A stretch of 32,000 nucleotides of DNA from Methanothermobacter marburgensis str. Marburg. Its GTDB lineage: Archaea; Methanobacteriota; Methanobacteria; Methanobacteriales; Methanothermobacteraceae. Where the stretch lies: positions 1,290,001-1,322,000 of the forward strand of contig NC_014408.1 in NCBI RefSeq assembly GCF_000145295.1, read 5' to 3'. Of the stretch, positions 24,310-32,000 are shown piece after piece; the first letter of the stretch is position 1, and every line of letters starts with the position of its first letter. The position numbers and the translations under genes were made by a program. Under the pieces are notes generated by a model that saw nothing but the letters and a program-made list of their open reading frames with translations, searched no databases and was not told where the DNA came from.

Positions 24310-25020
24310 ATTAAGAGACACTCGCGTTATCTCGCTCTACTTGCACTTGCAGTAGCAGTGAGTACCATACCATTTGGACAGATGGAATTTCTGGAATCCG
24401 GTGGCGAAAAGATAAAGACAAAGTCAGCATCCACCCCAAAGGTTGATGCGGCCTCAAAGTACAGGAAATACAGTAAGGTCTACGCCAAATCAAAGAAAAA
24501 GATAAAGAAGAAGTACAGGACAAAGGCAACCTACACCACAACAACAAGGAAAAAGTACAGGACAAGGGCAACCTATAAAACCACAAGTCACAAGAGGTAT
24601 CGTACAAAGGCAACCTACACCACAACAACAAAGAGGGCATACACAAGGGCGGCGAGTTCCGAAGATCTGGATGATCTGCAGGGCGATGAGGGACTTGAAA
24701 AACTTGCATCATACATCAACAGAAACTTCAACCATCGATCTGGAGGTCCTCACACCGCTGAGGGTGTTGAAAGGACAGGATACGGAGACTGCTGGGGACT
24801 ATCTGACTGGTCAGCAAAGAAACTTGCTGCAAACGGCTACAAGGTGAAGGTAGTCCAGGGAGCCACATCTGCATCATCAAGACACAGATGGTTGCACGTA
24901 TACTCTGAGGGAAGGTGGACAAGCTTTGAACCGTCACTGGTAACCAAACGTTATGGAAGTAAACATTATACTGCAACCTGTGGGCGCGCAACGACTGTTG
25001 TGAAAACCTACAACATGTAG
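24310..25020 (+). CDS. Secreted transglutaminase-fold (cysteine-protease-like) protein with basic K/R/T/Y tandem repeats; start codon uncertain
   Basis: The C-terminal domain GYGDCWGLSDWSAKKLAANGYKVKVVQG...HRWLHVYSEGRWTSFEPS fits the transglutaminase-core pattern (Cys145 codon at 24790-24792, then His). The only canonical start is GTG 24358. The in-frame upstream codons encode IKRHSRYLALLALAVAV, a signal-peptide-like segment, after GGAGG plus a 7-nt spacer plus ATT at 24310. Confidence 0.65.
   Translation: MKRHSRYLALLALAVAVSTIPFGQMEFLESGGEKIKTKSASTPKVDAASKYRKYSKVYAKSKKKIKKKYRTKATYTTTTRKKYRTRATYKTTSHKRYRTKATYTTTTKRAYTRAASSEDLDDLQGDEGLEKLASYINRNFNHRSGGPHTAEGVERTGYGDCWGLSDWSAKKLAANGYKVKVVQGATSASSRHRWLHVYSEGRWTSFEPSLVTKRYGSKHYTATCGRATTVVKTYNM
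24511..24636 (+). repeat. 3 x 42-bp tandem repeat encoding K-(K/R)-Y-R-T-(K/R)-A-T-Y-(T/K)-T-T-(T/S)-x
   Basis: Units at 24511-24552, 24553-24594 and 24595-24636, read directly. A partial fourth unit (RAYTRAA) follows. Confidence 0.85.
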
Positions 25021-25036
25021 TATAATGTTTACTACC

Positions 25037-25043
25037 TTTTTTT
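25037..25043 (+). terminator. T7 tract 17 nt after the stop of the transglutaminase-fold gene
   Basis: The sequence actaccTTTTTTTatt follows the stop. Confidence 0.45.
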
Positions 25044-25228
25044 ATTCCCACCAACGATCTTCTAACCAAATTATACACCATGCCTCTTTTATTCTCAGCA
25101 ACAATTTCTCTGAAAACCTAAAAAAAATTCATTTATATGCTTTACCCTGCTCTTTCATTCCATAACAGAAGTTCCCAGCAAACAATCAAGAATGGCATAT
25201 TTTTATAAAACATCAACCATACCTATGA

Positions 25229-25930
<702 letters not shown>

Positions 25931-25940
25931 CGGTGATCCC

Positions 25941-27161
25941 GTGTCCTTCAAATTCAGAACCATGGATGACCTTGAGGTTGAGGGGAAAACTGTGCTTGTG
26001 CGTGTTGACATAAACTCGCCGGTGGATCCCCAGAGCGGCGCAATACTCGATGACACAAGGATGAGACTCCATGCAGAGACCATAAGGGAGCTTTCAGATA
26101 GGGGTGCCAGGACAGTCATAATGGCCCACCAGAGCAGGCCAGGAAAGAAGGACTTCACAACCCTTGAACAGCACTCCCATAAACTCTCAGAGATACTTGG
26201 AAGGCCTGTCAGGTACGTGGAGGACATATTCGGATCCGCCGCAAGGGAGAACATCAGAGAGCTCAGGAACGGCGAGATACTCCTCCTGGAGAATGTGAGG
26301 TTCTACTCAGAGGAGGTGCTTAAGAGGGACCCTGAGGAACAGGCAGAGACACACCTTGTGAGGAAACTCACACCCCTCATTGATTACTTCATCAACGACG
26401 CCTTTGCAGCTGCCCACAGATCCCAGCCATCACTGGTGGGCTTTGCCCTGCGGGTACCCTCAGCGGCGGGCAGAGTCATGGAGCGTGAACTCAGAACACT
26501 AAGGAGTGCCCTTGAAAATGTTGAAAGGCCCTGTGTCTATGTACTGGGTGGTGTGAAGGTGGATGACTCCATCATGGTCATGAAGAACGTCCTTGAGAAT
26601 GGCAGCGCAGACCTTGTACTCACAACGGGCCTTGTTGCCAACATATTCCTTGCAGGCTGTGGTGTTAAAATCGGAAAGGTGAACATGGAGTTCATCAAAA
26701 ACAGGGGCTACTGTGACTTCATAAAGGTGGCGAAGAAGCTGAAAAAGAGGTTCCCTGAGAAAATACTGGTTCCCATTGATGTTGCAATCAGCCAGGATGG
26801 AAAAAGGGTGGATGTGCCTGTGAAAAAGATACCCAACCATCCCATCCAGGATATAGGTATGGAGACAATAAAACTTTATGCTGAGAGGATACGTGAGGCC
26901 AGAACCCTGTTTGCAAATGGTCCTGCAGGTGTATTTGAAAACCCTGACTTCAGCATAGGGACCGAGGATATACTCAATGCCATCTCCTCATCTGAGAGTT
27001 TCTCAATAATAGGTGGGGGTCACCTTGCCGCTGCGGCTGCCAAAATGGGATTTGAGGATAAAATAGGTCACATAAGCAGTGGGGGTGGTGCCAGTATAAG
27101 TCTCCTCGCAGGTGAGGAGCTGCCTGCTGTGAGGGTACTTGAGGAGTCCGCACCCCACTAA
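25941..27161 (+). CDS. pgk: Phosphoglycerate kinase
   Basis: 406 aa. GKTVLVRVDINSPVD, MAHQSRPG and ISSGGGASI are PGK motifs. GTG start after GGTGAT. Confidence 0.92.
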   Translation: MSFKFRTMDDLEVEGKTVLVRVDINSPVDPQSGAILDDTRMRLHAETIRELSDRGARTVIMAHQSRPGKKDFTTLEQHSHKLSEILGRPVRYVEDIFGSAARENIRELRNGEILLLENVRFYSEEVLKRDPEEQAETHLVRKLTPLIDYFINDAFAAAHRSQPSLVGFALRVPSAAGRVMERELRTLRSALENVERPCVYVLGGVKVDDSIMVMKNVLENGSADLVLTTGLVANIFLAGCGVKIGKVNMEFIKNRGYCDFIKVAKKLKKRFPEKILVPIDVAISQDGKRVDVPVKKIPNHPIQDIGMETIKLYAERIREARTLFANGPAGVFENPDFSIGTEDILNAISSSESFSIIGGGHLAAAAAKMGFEDKIGHISSGGGASISLLAGEELPAVRVLEESAPH

Positions 27162-27170
27162 CCCCATATT

Positions 27171-27189
27171 GGGAGGTGCTGAACCTCCC
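27171..27189 (+). other. Perfect hairpin GGGAGGT-gctga-ACCTCCC 10 nt after the pgk stop
   Basis: 7-bp stem and 5-nt loop, read directly. No adjacent oligo-T, so a terminator role is uncertain. Confidence 0.3.
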
Positions 27190-27221
27190 CTCCATGGTGC
27201 CCGCAGAAATCAACCACAAAC

Positions 27222-27229
27222 TATATAAA
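27222..27229 (+). promoter_or_regulatory. TATA box TATATAAA for the tRNA-Thr/Pro unit
   Basis: Ends 25 nt upstream of the first tRNA nucleotide (27254). Confidence 0.6.
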
Positions 27230-27249
27230 TGAGTAGTTACTAACATTGG

Positions 27250-27327
<78 letters not shown>

Positions 27328-27334
27328 TCCTAAG

Positions 27335-27409
<75 letters not shown>

Positions 27410-27419
27410 TCCAAAAAGC

Positions 27420-27428
27420 TTAAATATA
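27420..27428 (+). promoter_or_regulatory. TATA box (AAAAAGC-TTAAATATA) for tRNA-Tyr
   Basis: Ends 25 nt upstream of tRNA-Tyr position 1 (27454). Preceded by an A-rich BRE-like run. Confidence 0.55.
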
Positions 27429-27453
27429 CATCACCCCCAATGATGTATATCAA

Positions 27454-27529
<76 letters not shown>

Positions 27530-27653
27530 CACCAACAGTGTGAAAGTTTTAAATACTAGAAAAATAGAACTCATAACATGTATGTCATACAGCAATAGTA
27601 AAGTATATAAGCAGGTAACGAGAGAACACAGTAATGCTCTCATTCTGAAGACC

Positions 27654-27729
<76 letters not shown>

Positions 27730-27733
27730 CTTC

Positions 27734-27808
<75 letters not shown>

Positions 27809-27850
27809 CTATCTAATTTTACGGTGACTTTTTATCTGGAGGACTAAATT

Positions 27851-28084
27851 GTGAAGAGGGAAATCTTGAAACACCATCTGGTTCCGGAACACGTGGTTTT
27901 AAATGATTCTGAAGCAAAAAGGGTGCTGAAAGAACTGGATGCCCATCCAGAACAGCTTCCAAAAATAAAAACAACAGACCCTGTGGTGAAGGCCATAGGT
28001 GCTAAAAGGGGGGATATCGTGAAAATAATCCGTAAGAGTCCAACTGCCGAAGAATTCATTACATATAGGCTCGTGCAGGACTAA
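27851..28084 (+). CDS. rpoH: DNA-directed RNA polymerase subunit H (Rpo5)
   Basis: 77 aa. HHLVPEHVVLNDSEAKRVLKEL...LPKIKTTDPVVKAIGAKRGDIVKIIRKSPTA is the RpoH pattern. GTG start after GGAGG. Confidence 0.9.
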   Translation: MKREILKHHLVPEHVVLNDSEAKRVLKELDAHPEQLPKIKTTDPVVKAIGAKRGDIVKIIRKSPTAEEFITYRLVQD

Positions 28085-28144
28085 TTTTTCGGGTAAAACC
28101 GTAAGCTCATAATTCAATCATCTAATTTGTTTTGGAGGAAGTCC

Positions 28145-29689
28145 ATGAAAAAAAGTGCATGGGGATTGGTAGACGCGTTTTTTGATAAATACGACCTTGT
28201 GGACCACCACATACATTCCTACAATGACTTCGTGAGTAACCGTATACAGGAGATAATAGACACAAGCGAACCCATAGAACTGGAACAGGGAAAGTACCGT
28301 GTGGAGACAGGGAAGGTAAGCATAGAAAAACCCTTCATCAAGGAGGCGGACGGCTCAAAGAGCAAGATATACCCGACAGAGGCCAGGCTCAGAAATTTAA
28401 CCTACTCGGCCCACATGAGCCTGGAGATGAGACTCATAAATGAGGGGGGTCCAGAAACAGAATTTGAAAAGGTCTACATCGGTGAACTGCCTGTTATGCT
28501 GAAATCAGAGATATGCCACCTGCATGGCCTCAGCAGAAATGAACTCATTGAAAAGGGCGAGGACCCTGCAGACCCCGGTGGCTACTTCATCGTCAACGGT
28601 TCAGAGAGATCAATCGTCACCATGGAGGAAATAGCCCCAAACAAGATAATACTTGAAAGGATAGGGGAAGAGGATGAAAACAGGGCCAGGGCAATAGTCA
28701 CCTCTATAAGAAGTGGTTTCAGGGCCAGGATATCCCTTGAATACAGGAAGCCAAGGAAGAGCGGGGTGTTCCTCAGGATATCATTCCCCTACGTACCAGG
28801 AGAACTCCCGCTGGTGATACTGCTAAGGGCCCTTGGACTTGCAACTGACCAGGACATCATAACAAGCATATCAGATGACTTCAACTACCAGATGATCGCA
28901 GCCGACGACATACAGGTCTCACTGGACAAGCTGAACCTCAAAAAGGATGAAATGGAGAAACTTGACGAGGAGGAGAGAAGGGAGTACCTTGTAAGGAGCG
29001 CCATAAGATACATCGGTAACCGGGTCGCCAAGGGCATGACCGAGGACTACCGGATAAAAAGGGCTGAGGATGTCATAGACCGCTACCTTCTCCCCCACAT
29101 AGGAACAGAACCAGATAAGAGGCTGGAGAAGGCAATATACCTGGCTGAGATGACCGAAATGCTCCTCCAGGTTATATCCGGTGAGCGAAAGCCCCACGAT
29201 AAGGACCACTACACCAACAAAAGGCTCAGGGTTTCAGGTGACCTGATGGAGGACCTCCTGAGGGTGGCCTTCACAAGTCTCAGCAGGGACATGAGCTACC
29301 AGCTTGAGAGGAGCCTTGCAAGGGGTAAGGAGCCCTCAGTCAAGCAGGCTGTGAGGTCAGACGTCCTCACAGAGAACCTCAAGCACGCCATCGCGACAGG
29401 TAACTGGGTTGGTGGAAGGGCAGGTGTGAGTCAGCTCCTGGACAGGACAAGTTACATGGGTACACTATCCCACATGAGAAGGGTTGTCTCCCCCCTCAGC
29501 AGGAGCCAGCCACACTTTGAGGCAAGGGACCTTCACCCGACACAGTTCGGTAAGATCTGCCCCAACGAGACCCCTGAGGGTCCAAACTGTGGTCTTGTTA
29601 AGAACCTCGCCCTCCTTGCAAAGATATCCGAGGGTTCAGATGGCAGGGAGGTTGAGGAGGTAATCAAAAAAATGGGGGTTCTGAACTAA
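28145..29689 (+). CDS. rpoB2: DNA-directed RNA polymerase subunit B'' (N-terminal half of split RpoB)
   Basis: HHIHSYNDFV, GYFIVNGSERSIV and RSQPHFEARDLHPTQFGKICPNETPEGPNCGLVKNLAL. The ORF track starts at TTG 28127. The ATG at 28145 follows GGAGG with 6-nt spacing. Confidence 0.92.
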   Translation: MKKSAWGLVDAFFDKYDLVDHHIHSYNDFVSNRIQEIIDTSEPIELEQGKYRVETGKVSIEKPFIKEADGSKSKIYPTEARLRNLTYSAHMSLEMRLINEGGPETEFEKVYIGELPVMLKSEICHLHGLSRNELIEKGEDPADPGGYFIVNGSERSIVTMEEIAPNKIILERIGEEDENRARAIVTSIRSGFRARISLEYRKPRKSGVFLRISFPYVPGELPLVILLRALGLATDQDIITSISDDFNYQMIAADDIQVSLDKLNLKKDEMEKLDEEERREYLVRSAIRYIGNRVAKGMTEDYRIKRAEDVIDRYLLPHIGTEPDKRLEKAIYLAEMTEMLLQVISGERKPHDKDHYTNKRLRVSGDLMEDLLRVAFTSLSRDMSYQLERSLARGKEPSVKQAVRSDVLTENLKHAIATGNWVGGRAGVSQLLDRTSYMGTLSHMRRVVSPLSRSQPHFEARDLHPTQFGKICPNETPEGPNCGLVKNLALLAKISEGSDGREVEEVIKKMGVLN

Positions 29690-29712
29690 TTTTTCCACCG
29701 GGAGGCTGTTAA

Positions 29713-31524
29713 GTGAGTAAAACCAAGATTTACATTAACGGGAAGCTTATAGGGACCTGTGAAAACCCTGAAGAATTTGTGCAGGAGATGAGGGAGAAGA
29801 GGAGATCCGGAGAGGTCTCCCCTGAGATGAACATAACCCATTACCCTGAAAACCATGAGATATACATATTCACAGACCCTGGAAGGGCCAGAAGACCCCT
29901 GATCATTGTGAAGGACGGAGAACCTCTTTTAAAGGAGGAGCACCTTGAAAAGCTTGAATCAGGGGAAATGGAATGGGATGACCTCATAAATGAGGGTATA
30001 ATAGAGTATCTGGATGCAGAGGAAGAGGAAAACGCCTACATAGCAATGAGTCCAGAGGACCTCACAGATGAACACACCCACCTTGAGATAGACCCCTCCA
30101 CCATGCTGGGGATATGTGCAGGTATCATTCCATTCGCAAACCACAACTCATCACCAAGGAACACCATGGAGGCAGGGATGACAAAGCAGGCCCTTGGTCT
30201 CTATGCATCCAACTATGACCTCAGGACAGATACGCGTGCACACCTCCTCCACCACCCCCAGGTCCCCATAGTGAAGACAAGGATAATAGATGTGACCGGC
30301 TACGATGAGAGGCCATCAGGCCAGAACTTCGTTGTGGCCGTAATGTCCTATGAGGGCTACAACATGGAGGACGCGCTGATACTCAACAAGGCATCCCTTG
30401 AGAGGGGACTTGCAAGGTCATCATTCTTCAGATCCTACGAAGCCGCAGAGCGAAGATACCCCGGTGGTCAGGAGGACCGCTTCGAGATACCTGAGAAGGG
30501 GGTCAGGGGCTACAGGTCAGAGAGCGACTACAGGCACCTTGACGAGGACGGTATAATAAACCCTGAGGCAGTTGTATCATCAGGTGACGTCCTCATAGGT
30601 AAAACATCACCACCAAGGTTCCTGGAGGAAATCGATGAATTTGGAACAGTGGCGGAGCGTAGAAGAGAAACCTCAGTAACAGTGCGGCACGGGGAGAAGG
30701 GTATAGTTGACGCTGTTCTCCTAACAGAAACCGTTGAGGGCAGCAGACTCGCCAAGATAAGGGTGCGGGAACAGAGACAGCCAGAGCTCGGTGACAAATT
30801 CGCATCAAGGCACGGTCAGAAGGGTGTTGTGGGCCTCATAGTATCACAGGAGGACATGCCCTTCACAGAGGACGGTGTTGTGCCCGACCTCATAGTAAAC
30901 CCCCACGCCATACCATCAAGGATGTCGGTTGGGCAGGTCCTTGAGATGCTTGCAGGTAAGGCCGCATGCATGGAGGGCCGCCGGGTGGACGGAACACCAT
31001 TCACCGGAGAGGACGAGAGGGACATAAAGAAGGCCCTCAGGGCCAATGGATTTGAAAGTGCGGGTGTGGAATCACTCTACAACGGAATAACCGGTGAAAG
31101 GATAGAAGCTGAGATATTCATAGGAGTGGCCTATTACCAGAAACTCCACCACATGACAACAGACAAGGTATACGCAAGATCAAGGGGTCCTGTGCAGGTC
31201 CTCACAAGACAGCCAACCGAGGGAAGGGCCAGGGAAGGAGGTCTCAGATTCGGTGAAATGGAAAGAGACTGTCTGATTGCCCATGGAGCAGCGCTCGCAC
31301 TGAAGGAAAGGCTTCTTGATGAATCAGATAAATACGAGGCACTGGTATGTACCGAGTGCGGTATGATAGCAATATACGACAAGATAAGGGATAAGAAGTA
31401 CTGTCCAATATGTGAGGACTCAGAGTCATTCCCTGTGGAGATATCATACGCCTTCAAATTACTCCTTGATGAACTTAAGAGTCTATGCATCTTCCCGAAA
31501 CTCATACTGGAAGATAAGGCATGA
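29713..31524 (+). CDS. rpoB1: DNA-directed RNA polymerase subunit B' (C-terminal half of split RpoB)
   Basis: 603 aa. Motifs [40 protein letters not shown] and a C-terminal zinc ribbon CTECG...CPIC. Confidence 0.94.
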   Translation: MSKTKIYINGKLIGTCENPEEFVQEMREKRRSGEVSPEMNITHYPENHEIYIFTDPGRARRPLIIVKDGEPLLKEEHLEKLESGEMEWDDLINEGIIEYLDAEEEENAYIAMSPEDLTDEHTHLEIDPSTMLGICAGIIPFANHNSSPRNTMEAGMTKQALGLYASNYDLRTDTRAHLLHHPQVPIVKTRIIDVTGYDERPSGQNFVVAVMSYEGYNMEDALILNKASLERGLARSSFFRSYEAAERRYPGGQEDRFEIPEKGVRGYRSESDYRHLDEDGIINPEAVVSSGDVLIGKTSPPRFLEEIDEFGTVAERRRETSVTVRHGEKGIVDAVLLTETVEGSRLAKIRVREQRQPELGDKFASRHGQKGVVGLIVSQEDMPFTEDGVVPDLIVNPHAIPSRMSVGQVLEMLAGKAACMEGRRVDGTPFTGEDERDIKKALRANGFESAGVESLYNGITGERIEAEIFIGVAYYQKLHHMTTDKVYARSRGPVQVLTRQPTEGRAREGGLRFGEMERDCLIAHGAALALKERLLDESDKYEALVCTECGMIAIYDKIRDKKYCPICEDSESFPVEISYAFKLLLDELKSLCIFPKLILEDKA

Positions 31525-31562
31525 TTACGGATTTGAGGGAATAAATCAAAGGAGAGAATACC

Positions 31563-32000
31563 TTGAGAGGAATTTTAAAGAAAATTTCCCGGATAAATTT
31601 TGGTCTCATGTCCCCTGAGGATATAAGGAAGATGTCCGTTACCCAGGTGGTGACACCGGACACCTATGATGAGGACGGGTACCCCATCGAGAACGGGCTC
31701 ATGGACCCGAGGCTTGGTGTCATAGACCCGAGCCTCAGGTGCAGGACATGCGGGGCCAAGGGCGGTGAGTGCCCCGGACACTTTGGAAGCATAAACCTTG
31801 CAAGACCCGTTATACACGTGGGATTCGCGGATACAATACACAAGATCCTCAGGTCAATCTGCTGGAAATGCGGCAGGGTCCTGCTCACAGAGGTGGAGAT
31901 TGAAGAGTACAGACAGCGGATACTCGAGGCGATGGAGAAGGAGGAGAGCCTCACACCCATAATAAAGGAGATATACGCAGAGGCCAGACGTGAGGAGTGC
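31563..32000 (+). CDS. rpoA1: DNA-directed RNA polymerase subunit A' (N-terminal part; runs off the right edge)
   Basis: Not in the track because there is no stop in the window. A TTG start follows AGGAG. The translation LRGILKKISRINFGLMSPEDIRKMSVTQVVTPDTYDEDGYPIENGLMDPRLGVIDPSLRCRTCGAKGGECPGHFGSINLARPVIHVGF is the conserved RpoA' N-terminus with its zinc motif. Confidence 0.9.
   Translation, partial: MRGILKKISRINFGLMSPEDIRKMSVTQVVTPDTYDEDGYPIENGLMDPRLGVIDPSLRCRTCGAKGGECPGHFGSINLARPVIHVGFADTIHKILRSICWKCGRVLLTEVEIEEYRQRILEAMEKEESLTPIIKEIYAEARREEC

Overview
This window looks like a chromosomal segment of a hydrogenotrophic, pseudomurein-walled methanogen. Gene content and order resemble Methanothermobacter. 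From memory, PurO = MTH1020 and archaetidylserine synthase = MTH1027 in M. thermautotrophicus, which fits the order seen here; I could not run a search to confirm. Left third, minus strand, tightly packed: the 5' end of an MCR component-A2-like ABC ATPase, a NifR3/Dus-related TIM-barrel gene, arfA (GTP cyclohydrolase III), cofD, cofE, purO, an ExbD/ExbB-like pair, rnhB, mreB, and an unknown gene coupled to mreB. Middle, plus strand: psd, pssA, a 436-aa bitopic membrane protein, a secreted protein with a tripartite C-terminal sorting signal, a bacterial-type sortase, an MptD-like aldolase, korDABC and sucC. Next comes an orphan CO-dehydrogenase module: cdhB lies divergent to a cdhA broken by two 1-nt homopolymer frameshifts, followed by a CooF-like ferredoxin. 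After that: a polytopic membrane protein, a DUF1002-like secreted protein, taw1, a transglutaminase-fold protein with basic tandem repeats, tpiA and pgk. The window ends with five tRNAs (Thr-Pro-Tyr-Asp-Lys) and the start of the RNA polymerase operon (rpoH, split rpoB2/rpoB1, rpoA1 5' end). No CRISPR array, transposase or integrase was seen. The most interesting candidate is the psd-pssA-(membrane protein)-(sorting-signal protein)-sortase unit. It suggests sortase-type anchoring to an aminolipid or to pseudomurein in an archaeon. Secondary oddities: a series of short imperfect duplications sitting exactly on gene boundaries; in-frame TAG-terminated mini-ORFs in the psd leader; and a signal peptide encoded upstream of the only canonical start codon of the transglutaminase-fold gene.
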